Positions 41,592 through 51,519 of a stretch of 64,000 nt of DNA are shown here, piece by piece. Under the pieces are notes generated by a model that was given only the letters and a program-made list of their open reading frames with translations, had not been told where the DNA came from and made no database searches. The position numbers and the translations under genes were made by a program. Position 1 is the stretch's first letter. Each line of letters begins with the position of its first letter. Origin of the DNA: Candidatus Latescibacterota bacterium (GTDB lineage Bacteria; Latescibacterota; UBA2968; GCA-2709665); contig CAXXXF010000016.1 of assembly GCA_963667175.2 (NCBI GenBank), positions 128,001 to 192,000 on the forward strand. The letters run 5' to 3'.

Positions 41592-42675
41592 TCACCCACT
41601 CCTGGAAACCCGAACCGGGCCGACGATCAGATCGTCCGGCAGGAGGCTCGTCGTCACGATTGAATGCGAATGGTCGAAGCCATCGGTGGTGACCTGGGCC
41701 ATTGCGGTATAATGCGTGCTTTCTCCGCTTACCCCGCTGCGGTTTCCGCCGCTGTGTCCCCGGAGCCATTTCGGATCGACCAGCTGCTCGCCCTTCCACT
41801 TCCCCCGCGTCGCCAGCAGATGACCGAACCGGGCGATATCCGACGGGCTCATCACCACCCACCCCGGACCGCTTCGCACCACGTGACCGTTGATTTCATA
41901 GGGCGGATCGAGATAGGTATAGGAATCCGGTATGTCCGGATAGAAGTACTTGCTTTCACTCACCGTACGGCCGGTTGTACCAGTCCCACCGCTGTGCCGG
42001 AATGCCGATTTTGCCGAACAGCCGCTCGTCCAGCACCTCTTTCAGGTCGCGGTCCCATACAAAGGTCAGCGCCTGGCCCAGCCGCCAGAATCCGGCGCTG
42101 CTGTAGTGTTCTTTCGTGCCCGGCTTCACGTGGGAATAGAGGGTCATAGAACGGATCGCCGGTCCAGGTTGCCCACTCGGGGGCGCCCTTCGCGTCCCCT
42201 TCGCCCATGCGTTTCCCAGTTCCATGGGGAAACCCTCCCTGGTGCGCGCTACGGTCCTTCGCTCCGATGAGGTGGCGCCAGGTGAGCGTCCGGTGGTGTC
42301 CGCGGTTCAGGGTGTTTGTGCGGATGCGATAGCTCCCCCTCCCCCGTCCAGGTCCTGTGGATCGGTTCGTCGGGATCCAGTATCCCGTCTTCCACGGCGA
42401 ACCCGATCAGCACCCACATGAACGCCTTGCCCATCGATGCCGTCTGAAACCGGTAATGCCGGTCGCCCCAGACATGCACGAGATAACCTCCGCGCGTGAG
42501 GACCGTGCCCCACTTGTCGCCGGTATGGTCCCTCGCCGCCGAACGACGCGCCCTTGATGTCCAGTCCCGACAGAAAGCGTTCGAACGCTTCGCCGTCCAG
42601 TCCGGCTTCAGCCGGCGTGATCTCGACCCAGTCATTACCGGGGTAGGTTACCCAATCCGGGATGTCATTTCCCAA
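41592..42675 (-). pseudogene. Serine hydrolase (beta-lactamase family) with about five frameshifts
   Basis: SMGK (SxxK), PGTKEHYSS and DIARFG segments lie in successive different frames. Confidence 0.75.
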
Positions 42676-42764
42676 GGTACAATCCTTTCAATCTTACACC
42701 ATAATGGGTTGCCTTCCAATAGTTTCAGTGCCTGACGTTCATGTATGATCCGAGGCCGTCAGTC

Positions 42765-43466
42765 TCATTTTCGACTTGAGGTTTGCTCATTTTTCGAGGC
42801 GCGGCCGCTAAACATCGCTACGCAGCCCACGACTTCAATCGAAACGTCCGTGAATCTTTGAACCAGCATTCGTTTCAGCCCTTCGAGGCTGTCGCTTCGA
42901 TTGGAAAAGATCCTCTTCTTATTATAGAAGGCCATCAGTCGCTGCGCCATCCAGCCGTGAGACGGACCGCTTTGCAGCAGGGTTGCGCCGAAAATGACCG
43001 CATTGTGATTCATCACTTCCTTCAGACGGTCGAACGCAACCGCTTTGGATTCAATCGTCCCCGGAAGACAATGCAGCACATAGTTTATGCCTACGGAGTC
43101 AAACCTGCCGACGTCTCCGGGAATCGGTTCCAGGACACTGCCGAGATGCGTACTGGGGCGGTATCGTCCGATCCGTTCGGTTGTGAATTCCAACGTGTTC
43201 GGGTTCGGATCCATCAGCACAATATCCGGCGTGTCTGACGGGAACCGGCAGCGATCCAGGAAATAGCCCGTTCCGACGCCTACGTCGAGGTGATTCGACG
43301 AGACATGGTTGGAATAGAGATCGACAAGATTTTTGGTGGGACACTTCCAGAGAAACCGATTAGATATACCGAGGACCAGGAAGTCATAGACACCGAGTGT
43401 TCTCATGGTGTAGACAGCCTGTCCGGCATCCGTTCGTTCGGTCATATCGGCCATTGGAGACATCAA
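42765..43466 (-). CDS. Class I SAM-dependent methyltransferase
   Basis: HLDVGVGTG, FDSVGINYVLHCLPG. Confidence 0.88.
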   Translation of the reverse strand: MMSPMADMTERTDAGQAVYTMRTLGVYDFLVLGISNRFLWKCPTKNLVDLYSNHVSSNHLDVGVGTGYFLDRCRFPSDTPDIVLMDPNPNTLEFTTERIGRYRPSTHLGSVLEPIPGDVGRFDSVGINYVLHCLPGTIESKAVAFDRLKEVMNHNAVIFGATLLQSGPSHGWMAQRLMAFYNKKRIFSNRSDSLEGLKRMLVQRFTDVSIEVVGCVAMFSGRASKNEQTSSRK

Positions 43467-43620
43467 ACAGCGAGTGTAAGGGGTTGATATACGATATTTG
43501 CCACTCGCTCATTATTCCGTTTCAAGGGCAATAGCATCCGAGGCCTACTCCAGGCGCCCGGCAGTCCAAGTGGGAGTTGCGGAACTACGCTCACATTGGC
43601 CAATACCTCATCCAATGTCA

Positions 43621-43905
43621 TCACGGTTTACGCTCCCACTCTTCACGAAGACCATCAACGTACTCTTGAGCATCAATTCCTTGCCAGATTTTCTTACCTA
43701 ATCCACGCAATTCCAAAATGCTCCGGTTCTTGGGCTCCCTCTGGGCGACGAGAGCCAAATCATGAACCGCCATTTCCAACAGGCGAAGGCGCTCCGCGGT
43801 CGGCAACGGTTTGACGTATTTTTCGTATACGTCCACCAATTGATCCGCCGTACCATTCCCTTTCCCTTTGCGCGTTAAATGGTCACACTGGCTTGACAAA
43901 GCCAC
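43621..43905 (-). CDS. Small putative antitoxin (start uncertain)
   Basis: LPTAERLRL..SILELRGLGK.IW.GIDAQEYV..LR.EW; followed by a short MTLDEVLANV.. start that soon loses similarity. Confidence 0.6.
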   Translation of the reverse strand: MALSSQCDHLTRKGKGNGTADQLVDVYEKYVKPLPTAERLRLLEMAVHDLALVAQREPKNRSILELRGLGKKIWQGIDAQEYVDGLREEWERKP

Positions 43906-44160
43906 GCCGGGACGCAGCCAGGGTGTGAGTCCGATGTCCGCTAACTCCTGAATTTGTAGTTACTTCTGAGATTTGTCGGACGTCGCCAATATACGTAGAT
44001 TCGACTCCCGTTCCTTTGCCAATACAGGTAGGTTTTGCCGGCGAGGAGCCCAGGTCCGTCAACGCGTCGAGGAATCTGAAAACCGCAGTAAACGTACCAA
44101 TAGCCGTGACGTGACGCAACGTTGAGACGCGCGCTCCGGCCAGTCGCCCTTCGCGGCCAG

Positions 44161-44430
44161 TCAGGTATCTACCCGAGCTCGAAGTGGGAATCGATCAGGA
44201 TGGCGGATGGTTTCCAACCCCAGATCTATATCCAAATCGGGCCAATAGAAGTGTCCGGGAGTCGGCTCCTTCACGTTCAGGATGCTTCCCACCGAAGCAT
44301 CTTTAAACCACGGGAAATCCTCGTAAGAGAGGAAAATCTCCTCCTGGCCGGCCAGCAACCAGACGCCGTGTGCGGATATGCCGCTGACCTCAACTTCCGA
44401 AGTGCCGATGCCATGCTGTTTGGAACTCAT
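44161..44430 (-). CDS. DUF2442 family protein
   Basis: LSYEDFPWF..HFYWPDLDIDL. Confidence 0.85.
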   Translation of the reverse strand: MSSKQHGIGTSEVEVSGISAHGVWLLAGQEEIFLSYEDFPWFKDASVGSILNVKEPTPGHFYWPDLDIDLGLETIRHPDRFPLRARVDT

Positions 44431-44629
44431 GTCTTTTCTCCTCTATTATTCCTTCTGCCTCCTTCAGTTGCCGACGCGACAGTCCATAATTCCTGGCAAG
44501 TTCAATCTCGGGCTCTAACCAATACTTGGCCTCACCCTCCGTACAAATCACATGAACATGCATCCGCGGCTCCTCGCGGGAGAAGAAAAAGAACCGGAAT
44601 CCACGCTCCCTGTGAATCGTGGGCGCCAT
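44390..44629 (-). CDS. DUF4160 family protein
   Basis: GFRFFFFSREEPRMHVHV..EAKYWL. Confidence 0.88.
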   Translation of the reverse strand: MAPTIHRERGFRFFFFSREEPRMHVHVICTEGEAKYWLEPEIELARNYGLSRRQLKEAEGIIEEKRHEFQTAWHRHFGS

Positions 44630-44756
44630 AATTGATCTCCTGCTGTTACAGTTTCATACTGCCTATCCTGTTCATCCGTGTTTACTGGTTTTCCACGAGG
44701 CAATCCCGACAAACGGGCCTTTGGAGCTTCGGACGACGAAAACGGGCCACCAATAG

Positions 44757-44792
44757 AAACGGCCATTCAAACGTGAAAGTTAAATGGCCATT
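44757..44792 (-). terminator. Hairpin downstream of the tRNA, possible terminator
   Basis: ggccatt-caaacgtgaaagtta-aatggcc inverted repeat followed by a short T run on the minus strand. Confidence 0.4.
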
Positions 44793-44817
44793 GTCCGGGC
44801 AGCGAAAGTGGATTTTA

Positions 44818-44893
44818 TGGAGCGGGAAACGGGACTCGAACCCGCGACTTCAAGCTTGGGAAGCTTGCGCTCTACCAGCTGAGCTATTCCCGC
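44818..44893 (-). tRNA. tRNA-Gly (anticodon CCC)
   Basis: GCGGGAA acceptor stem, D arm AGCTCAGCTGGTAGAGC, anticodon arm CAAGC-TTCCCAA-GCTTG, GTTCGA T loop, CCA end; 76 nt. Confidence 0.97.
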
Positions 44894-44910
44894 CCCGATT
44901 CTGATGAAAT

Positions 44911-45864
44911 CTACCAACTCCCTCCGAGGGTGTCAAGAATTTTGAGAATGGCGTCGGGCGCGCCGTCTTCGTTCGCGTCGATCCACGTCAGCCGGCGATC
45001 CTTGCGAAACCACGTGAGTTGCCGTTTGGCGTACCGCCTGGTACCCATCTTGATCTGCGCCCCGGTTTCATCCAGGTCCAGTTTCCCGGCCAGATAATCG
45101 AAAACCTCCCGGTACCCGAACGTATTGAGCGCGTTGAGCTCCGGACCGTAACCGCGGCGTTGCAATTCCCGGACTTCGTCGACGAGCCCCGAAGCGAACA
45201 TCGCGTCGACCCGTTCTTCGATCCTCCGGTACAGCAACGACCGGTCCATCCTCAGCCCGAACCACGCCACGCGCCAGTCTCTCTCCGTTTGCGGCGGTTG
45301 CTCGTGAAGCGCCGACAGCGGCGTTCCCGTCAGCTCGAAAACTTCAAGCGCGCGCACGATACGTTTGGTATCGTTGGCGTGCAGGCGTTCGGCCGTTCGC
45401 GGGTCGACACCGCGCAACCTGGCGTATATTCCGGCCGGGTCTTCCTCTGCGCCGGCCATCAGACGCTCCCGGACGGCTCGCGGGGTGCGCGGCATCGGCG
45501 AAAAACCGTCGAGAACCGCCTTCAGATAGAGGCCCGATCCCCCCACGAGTACAGGGATCCGATTTCGCTCCAGAATCGACTCGATTGCCGCGCGAGCGTC
45601 GCCGGCGTAATGCCCGGCGCTATAATCCTCGTCGGGGTTCACCACGTCGATCATGTGGTGTCTCGCAAGGGCACGCTCTTCCACCGTGGGTTTGGCCGTA
45701 CCGATATCCATATGCCGGTAGATCTGACGCGCGTCCGCGGAGACCACTTCACCGCCGAGCACCCTCGCCAGGGCGATGCCAACCCGGGTCTTGCCGGATG
45801 CGGTCGGGCCCACGAGCGCCAGTATGCGGCGCTGCCTATCTGCTGAATCGCCGGTCGATTTCAT
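44911..45864 (-). CDS. miaA: tRNA dimethylallyltransferase
   Basis: GPTASGKT, MDIGTAKP, VGGSGLY, YAKRQLTWF. Confidence 0.97.
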   Translation of the reverse strand: MKSTGDSADRQRRILALVGPTASGKTRVGIALARVLGGEVVSADARQIYRHMDIGTAKPTVEERALARHHMIDVVNPDEDYSAGHYAGDARAAIESILERNRIPVLVGGSGLYLKAVLDGFSPMPRTPRAVRERLMAGAEEDPAGIYARLRGVDPRTAERLHANDTKRIVRALEVFELTGTPLSALHEQPPQTERDWRVAWFGLRMDRSLLYRRIEERVDAMFASGLVDEVRELQRRGYGPELNALNTFGYREVFDYLAGKLDLDETGAQIKMGTRRYAKRQLTWFRKDRRLTWIDANEDGAPDAILKILDTLGGSW

Positions 45865-47668
45865 CGAGAGACATCTTCACCACGGTCGGCCTTCCGTTCG
45901 GACAGACAAACGGTTCCCGTGTGGCGAACAGCCGGTCGATCAGCGCCCGCATCGCCCTCAAAGAGAGTCGCTCTCCCGTTCGGATGGCCGTGTGCCGGGC
46001 GTAGGCGGCCGCCAGTCGATGCTCGAGCGGCGACACAACGTTCCGGCGGCCGGCGGGGACCGAAGACCGGGACTCCGAACCGGTCAGATCGTCGACGATC
46101 TCCTGAAGAAGCCGGCCGTCTTCCCATGCCTTGAGCTCCACCGGAATGGCATCCACAACCACGGTATTCCCGCCAAAATCCCGTACGCCGAAACCCATGG
46201 CTTCAAGCAGCGGCATCGCCTCCCGCACTGCCTGTATCTGCGCCAGGCCGAAGTCAAGCGTGACCGGAAACAGAAGTCGCTGGCCCGATCCCACGTTTGC
46301 TTCGAAGGAACTGAGCGTCTGTTCGTAGATCATCCGCTGGTGGGCCAGGTGCTGATCGACGATAATCAGGCCGTTCTTGATACGCGCTAGGACGTATTTG
46401 TCGTGCACCTGCCAGACCGGGACCTGATCGACGGTTCCATCGTCCGTCAGGTCCGCGCCTTCTTCTCCGCCCGCGCGCTCTTCGCGGCCCTCCTCCGTTT
46501 TCCTTACGGACAGGGAAAGCGCCATCTGCACGTCTTCCAGACCCAGGGGATCCGGAAGATAGGCGTCCCGCTCCACCGGCGCGTCCGCGACGCCTCCTGC
46601 CAGGTCCGGCGCCGCGGACGACGAGCCGTTCGTCAGAATCGCGGGCGCTGCAAATCCGCTGTCCACCTCCGGGACAAGGTCTTCCTCCCTCAATCCCGCG
46701 CGCACGACTTCCGTAACCGCTGCGTAAACCGTTGTCTCGTCCGAAAAACGCACTTCGCGTTTGGTAGGATGCACGTTGACGTCGAGACGGGAGGGATCCA
46801 GCTCCAGGAGCAGCGCAAATGCCGGATGGAAGCCCTTCACCAGCAATCCGCCAAAGCCATCGCGCACGGCGTGCGCCACCGACCGGTCGCGAACCCACCG
46901 CCCGTTGACGACCATTGCCTGCTGGGCGCCCGACTTCCGCGCCAGTTCCGGTCTCCCGGCGAACCCCCAAACCCGGATCCCATGCCGCTCACCGTCCAGG
47001 AAGACGGCGTCGCGGCCCATCTGAACCCCGAATACAGCCTCCAGACGATGTTGGCTTTCCGCCCGTCCCAGGTTCAGGATTTCACGCCCGTTATGAGAAA
47101 GTACGAATGCAATGGATGGATACGCCAGGGCCAGGCCCGTCAGAGCATTCGCCACGTGTTTGAATTCGGTGTCAACGCCCTTCAGGAACTTCCGTCTTGC
47201 CGGCACATTGAAAAACAGGCCGTGGACGGCGACGGTTGTTCCCCGGTCTCGGCCCGTGGACGCGACGTCGCGCACCCGTCCGCTTTCCACGCGCACTCGC
47301 GTGCCCTGCAGCTCCTCCTCGTGGCGCGTCTCGATTGCCATTCGGGACACGGCCGCGATACTTGGCAGGGCCTCGCCGCGAAACCCCAGCGTACGCAGCG
47401 TGCGCAGGTCGGCGAGATCCGAGATCTTGCTCGTCGCGTGCCGTTCCAGAGCCAGCAACGCGTCGTCGGGCGACATCCCGCACCCGTTATCGCTGACCCG
47501 TATGGACTCCTTGCCGCCGCCCGCCACTTCAACCACAACGCGGTCGGCGCCCGCGTCAATGGCGTTTTCCACCAGTTCCTTCACCACGGAGCCCGGTCGC
47601 TCCACGGCTTCGCCGGCTGCGATCCGATTGGCGATTTCGTCGGATAGAACTCGAATCCGGGTGGGCAT
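45836..47668 (-). CDS. mutL: DNA mismatch repair protein MutL
   Basis: IAAGE, ELVENAIDA, GFRGEAL, DVNVHP, DQHLAHQR, CPNGRP. Confidence 0.97.
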   Translation of the reverse strand: MPTRIRVLSDEIANRIAAGEAVERPGSVVKELVENAIDAGADRVVVEVAGGGKESIRVSDNGCGMSPDDALLALERHATSKISDLADLRTLRTLGFRGEALPSIAAVSRMAIETRHEEELQGTRVRVESGRVRDVASTGRDRGTTVAVHGLFFNVPARRKFLKGVDTEFKHVANALTGLALAYPSIAFVLSHNGREILNLGRAESQHRLEAVFGVQMGRDAVFLDGERHGIRVWGFAGRPELARKSGAQQAMVVNGRWVRDRSVAHAVRDGFGGLLVKGFHPAFALLLELDPSRLDVNVHPTKREVRFSDETTVYAAVTEVVRAGLREEDLVPEVDSGFAAPAILTNGSSSAAPDLAGGVADAPVERDAYLPDPLGLEDVQMALSLSVRKTEEGREERAGGEEGADLTDDGTVDQVPVWQVHDKYVLARIKNGLIIVDQHLAHQRMIYEQTLSSFEANVGSGQRLLFPVTLDFGLAQIQAVREAMPLLEAMGFGVRDFGGNTVVVDAIPVELKAWEDGRLLQEIVDDLTGSESRSSVPAGRRNVVSPLEHRLAAAYARHTAIRTGERLSLRAMRALIDRLFATREPFVCPNGRPTVVKMSLDEIDRRFSR

Positions 47669-47787
47669 GCCGAGACGCCTGTCTTTGCGCATTGCCTGGA
47701 AAGAAACGAAGTGACGCGGTTCAGAACCGCCTTCGCCGCGGCCCTCGGAATCCGGGAAGACCAAAACCCGATAAGCCCCGGTCCGTC

Positions 47788-49188
47788 TCAGGAACGCGTA
47801 CCGCTGACCCTGCCCCCGTTGCCAATCAGGCCCTGGCGCTTCAAACGGTGCAGGGTGCGATCGAACGCGTGGACAACGTGATCCAGATCTGCTTCGGTAT
47901 GCACGGATGCCGTCAATCCGACCAATCCGTTCAGATCGACGCCTTCCAGCTGCATCGCGGCGCGGAACCCGTCCCGCAATGCCGGATTGGGCGCCTTCAG
48001 CCTGCGGAAGTCATAGGTGCCGCCCATGATCGCTTCCAGGCTCGGCGCCATGGGGCCGCTGTCGGGCAGGAACTTCACCCCCGAGAAATCACCGTATACG
48101 ACCCAGTCCGCGCCGTGGTCCGCAATGACGCCGTTGAGGCGTCTGCGCAGGGATTCGCCGTACCGATTCGCCCGTGCGATATGGGTTCCGTCTTCGATGG
48201 CCTTCAGCGTGGCAATCCCGGCTGCCGCGGAAACGGGATTGGCGTTGAAGGTGCCCTGGTGGGGCATTTTCCGGCACGTATCCCACTCCCGGTCTCCCCG
48301 GAACGCCAACAGGTCCATGATATCCTCCCGGCCGGCAAGGCAACCCCCCGGAAGCCCGCCCGCCAGAATTTTCGCCAGCGAAGTGAGATCGGGCCTGACG
48401 TTGTAGTGGGCCTGAGCGCCGCCGGGCGAACATCGAAAGCCTGTGATGACTTCGTCGAAAATCAGCAGCACGTCGTGCCGTAGCGTAACCCGCCGCAAAT
48501 CATCCAGGAAACCCGGTCGGTTCGGCACGACGCCAAACTGGGCGCCGGTAGGCTCCAGAATGACACATGCGACGTCGTCGTCCCGGTCCAGAATCTCCTC
48601 CACCGGATCGATCCGGTTTGGTGGACAAAGGCAAACCGTATCCGCGACTTCACGAAGAACGCCGGCGGGAACAGGTTCGTCGAAATGCGGCAGGACACCC
48701 ACAATGAGGTTGTCGTGCCAGCCGTGGAAGTGGCCGAAGAACTTGAGCACCTTTCGCTTTCCGGTAAACGTCCGGGCCAGCCGGAGCGCCATCAGCGTCG
48801 CCTCCGTGCCCGAACTCGTGAATCGGACGCGTTCGGCAGAAGGAATCAGCTTGCGGACCCATTCGCCCCATTCCACCTCCAGTTCGTGACACGCGCCATA
48901 GTGGGTGCCGCGCGCCACCTGTTCCGAAACGGCCGCCACCATCTCTGGATAACAGTGCCCCAGCATCAGCGCCCCGTGTCCCATCCAGAGGTCCACGTAT
49001 TCCCGGCCGTCCACGTCCCACTTGCGGCCGGCCTCGGCGCGGCTGGCATAAACCGGAAATGGCGCATAGTAGCGCAGGTCGTGGGTGACACCGCCCGGAA
49101 AAATCCGTGACGCTCTTTCGTACAGCGCACGGGAGCGGTCGAGCGTTTCCCGGAACTCCCCGTTTATTCCTTTAATTAATTCATCCAC
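47788..49188 (-). CDS. Class III PLP aminotransferase (GSA aminomutase-like)
   Basis: SSGTEAT, FHGWHD, LIFDEVITGFR, LAKILAGG, GTFNANP. Confidence 0.9.
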   Translation of the reverse strand: MDELIKGINGEFRETLDRSRALYERASRIFPGGVTHDLRYYAPFPVYASRAEAGRKWDVDGREYVDLWMGHGALMLGHCYPEMVAAVSEQVARGTHYGACHELEVEWGEWVRKLIPSAERVRFTSSGTEATLMALRLARTFTGKRKVLKFFGHFHGWHDNLIVGVLPHFDEPVPAGVLREVADTVCLCPPNRIDPVEEILDRDDDVACVILEPTGAQFGVVPNRPGFLDDLRRVTLRHDVLLIFDEVITGFRCSPGGAQAHYNVRPDLTSLAKILAGGLPGGCLAGREDIMDLLAFRGDREWDTCRKMPHQGTFNANPVSAAAGIATLKAIEDGTHIARANRYGESLRRRLNGVIADHGADWVVYGDFSGVKFLPDSGPMAPSLEAIMGGTYDFRRLKAPNPALRDGFRAAMQLEGVDLNGLVGLTASVHTEADLDHVVHAFDRTLHRLKRQGLIGNGGRVSGTRS

Positions 49189-49310
49189 AGTTATTTGTCT
49201 CTTTTATTTAACGTGAATATTCAATGTCGTTCCGACGTGATTCACGGACGCCGGCCGCGGATTGGAAAAATAACGAACAGCGAGAAAAAAGCAACCGGCA
49301 ACAGACGCCG

Positions 49311-51368
49311 TCATGCCCGCGCCGGCAACGGGTAGGAAAACGTCCGGTCGGCGTCGACGCCGGAGAGACCCCGGGGAACCTCCGACATGACCCAGAGATG
49401 CCGTTCGGATCCTGCGTGTACAAGAAATCCCCGGGGCCGGTCCGGGCCGTCCCACGCCAACGGTTCGACGCGGCTTACCGAGGGTTCAGTATCCCAGTGA
49501 TGGATAAGCGTGACAAACGTGGCCTCGCGGGAATCCCGGCGGCGGATGAGCAGATCTCCGGTTTCCGTCGCGGGTTGGAGGGGCGCTTTTCCGAGGATGA
49601 TTCGTGCGCCCTTTTCTTCGGGCAGGAATGCCCCCACCCCACCCCCGGGCAGGCCCCAGTCCAGGGAAACCACTTCCTCAGGTACGAGTTCAACCGGCTG
49701 CCGGACGTGGGCATATCCGTCGCCGAAGAGCGTAGCGGTTCCGCGGCGCAAGAGTCCGGTGTATCCCCGCCGATCGTCCGGGTATCTGCACACCCAGTCC
49801 AGCCGGCACTCCCGTGGCGCCGTCACGAGGAACAGATCCCAGAAGTAGGAATCCGTCCACAGAATCACCCGGCGCATGGCAACCCCCAAATAGGGGCCTT
49901 TCTCCCATGAAACACCGGCATCGGCCACTTCGAATCCGCACGTGTGTTTTGAATCGAAGTTCACCAGCCGCCCTTCCGCCGGGGGCTGAGAGCGTCCGTT
50001 GACCGTTACGGTATTGTGGCTGAGTGTCTGGCGGTACCAGCTCTCGTTCAGGCCGACGCCATATCCGGGCGTGCCCAGGTCGGTCGCAACCGGGAGTCCT
50101 CGTACATAGAACGAAATCGACAGTTTGTCAGGATGTCCGTGTCCACCGCCGTGGGGGCCGTACTTCATCAGCAAGCAACTCTGCCGATGATGGGCCTCCC
50201 TGGACCTCAGGACGGCCACTCCGGACGGCTTCAGAACGGCGCTGCTAACGTCGAGCCCACCGTCCGGACCGGGCAGATCCACTCCATAGAGCAGCGCTTC
50301 CACGGCCGTTCGTGGATGGCCGGAGTAATTGCGTTGGAGAATCCGGGCGAAGTCCGGGTCCCTGTACCACCCGTACGCCACCTCGTAAAAGGACTCCGCC
50401 GGCGGCACCCCGTGGCAGACGTCCGACAGCAAGGATGAGAAATACCAGCAGTCGTTGGTGGCGGGCAGCCTGAAATCGGGAAATGCCAGCGACACCGGCG
50501 CACGGAACATCGCCTTCAGCCGGTCGTCGTCCTGCAGGTCCGTGCCGACGTTCTCAGAAACCTGAACGTGAGCAATCAACGCGGCGAGGGTATAGAAGTG
50601 GTAACTGGAGGATCCCTCCCACCACATACCGTCATCCAGAACGCCCTCCCGCAACTGGTGGCGGAATCCGAACCTTTCGTCCAGGGCCACCTTCTGAAAC
50701 CGCGCTTCGTCCAGGCAGATCCCAACCGCCGCGAGTGCGGCATTATGCCAGCATTCGATGTTGTGGATACGGTGGAATTTTTGGCTCAGTATGTGTTCCG
50801 CCGCAAGTGCCAGCAGGTTCGTTTCGATCAGCGTCCGCTCGCGGGCGTCCAGGGTATCCCGGACCAGATCATAGGCTCTCGCAACGGGAATCAACCACAC
50901 CGCCTCGTCGAGTGAGTGATTCGCCACCTTGCCCCAGCCGTACGGCAGTTCCCGCTCGATCGGATACCCCGGATAACGCTCAGCGTAGGCCAGCAGAATC
51001 TCTCTGCATCTTTTCAGATATGCACGGTTTCCATCCAAACGCCACATGAGCGCGAGACGGTACGCCATTTCGGAAAGTCTGTTGTTGACGAACCAGCGCC
51101 AGGCAGAATCGTACGGCTCGCCCGAAAAGACGCGCCCGTCCTTCGGACATCGATGGGCGTTCGGAGAATTCGCGTCAAACGTGAGTTCCACGGCGTGATC
51201 CGGACAAAAGTAATCGTGGTAGTAACCCGCGGGGCGATCCTGCGGACGCATCTTTTGGCCGATAAAGGCATCCGCACCCGCCTTGAGTCGATGGAATGCA
51301 TGGACGAATCCGGCGCGGGTCCGGCGTTGCGTCGCCCGTTCCAGCCGACTGCCGGGGATCAGTTTCAT
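49311..51368 (-). CDS. Heparinase II/III / oligo-alginate lyase-like protein
   Basis: IHNIECW, DGMWWEGS.SYH.Y, GHGHPDKL, HNTV. Confidence 0.85.
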   Translation of the reverse strand: MKLIPGSRLERATQRRTRAGFVHAFHRLKAGADAFIGQKMRPQDRPAGYYHDYFCPDHAVELTFDANSPNAHRCPKDGRVFSGEPYDSAWRWFVNNRLSEMAYRLALMWRLDGNRAYLKRCREILLAYAERYPGYPIERELPYGWGKVANHSLDEAVWLIPVARAYDLVRDTLDARERTLIETNLLALAAEHILSQKFHRIHNIECWHNAALAAVGICLDEARFQKVALDERFGFRHQLREGVLDDGMWWEGSSSYHFYTLAALIAHVQVSENVGTDLQDDDRLKAMFRAPVSLAFPDFRLPATNDCWYFSSLLSDVCHGVPPAESFYEVAYGWYRDPDFARILQRNYSGHPRTAVEALLYGVDLPGPDGGLDVSSAVLKPSGVAVLRSREAHHRQSCLLMKYGPHGGGHGHPDKLSISFYVRGLPVATDLGTPGYGVGLNESWYRQTLSHNTVTVNGRSQPPAEGRLVNFDSKHTCGFEVADAGVSWEKGPYLGVAMRRVILWTDSYFWDLFLVTAPRECRLDWVCRYPDDRRGYTGLLRRGTATLFGDGYAHVRQPVELVPEEVVSLDWGLPGGGVGAFLPEEKGARIILGKAPLQPATETGDLLIRRRDSREATFVTLIHHWDTEPSVSRVEPLAWDGPDRPRGFLVHAGSERHLWVMSEVPRGLSGVDADRTFSYPLPARA

Positions 51369-51519
51369 GGCACACTCACTGCTTTAACGGCCGGTTGCCA
51401 CACTTGCGGTCGAAACTTATCTTTCATGCCGTCACGTCGTCATGGTTGCACGGCGGGCGCCACGTTCGGGTCCGCGCAACCCCCTGCCATCGGAAATCCC
51501 GCGATCACCCGGTTGCCCT

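Noticed and set aside
29040-44160. Integron cassette array, suggested by many co-oriented small genes
   Set aside because: No intI and no convincing repeated RYYYAAC..GTTRRRY attC sites seen; the candidate at ~40370-40435 fits poorly.
47788-49188. Assigning hemL to the aminotransferase
   Set aside because: The fold fits but the sequence is divergent (GGVTHD instead of GGVNSP) and there is no haem gene context.
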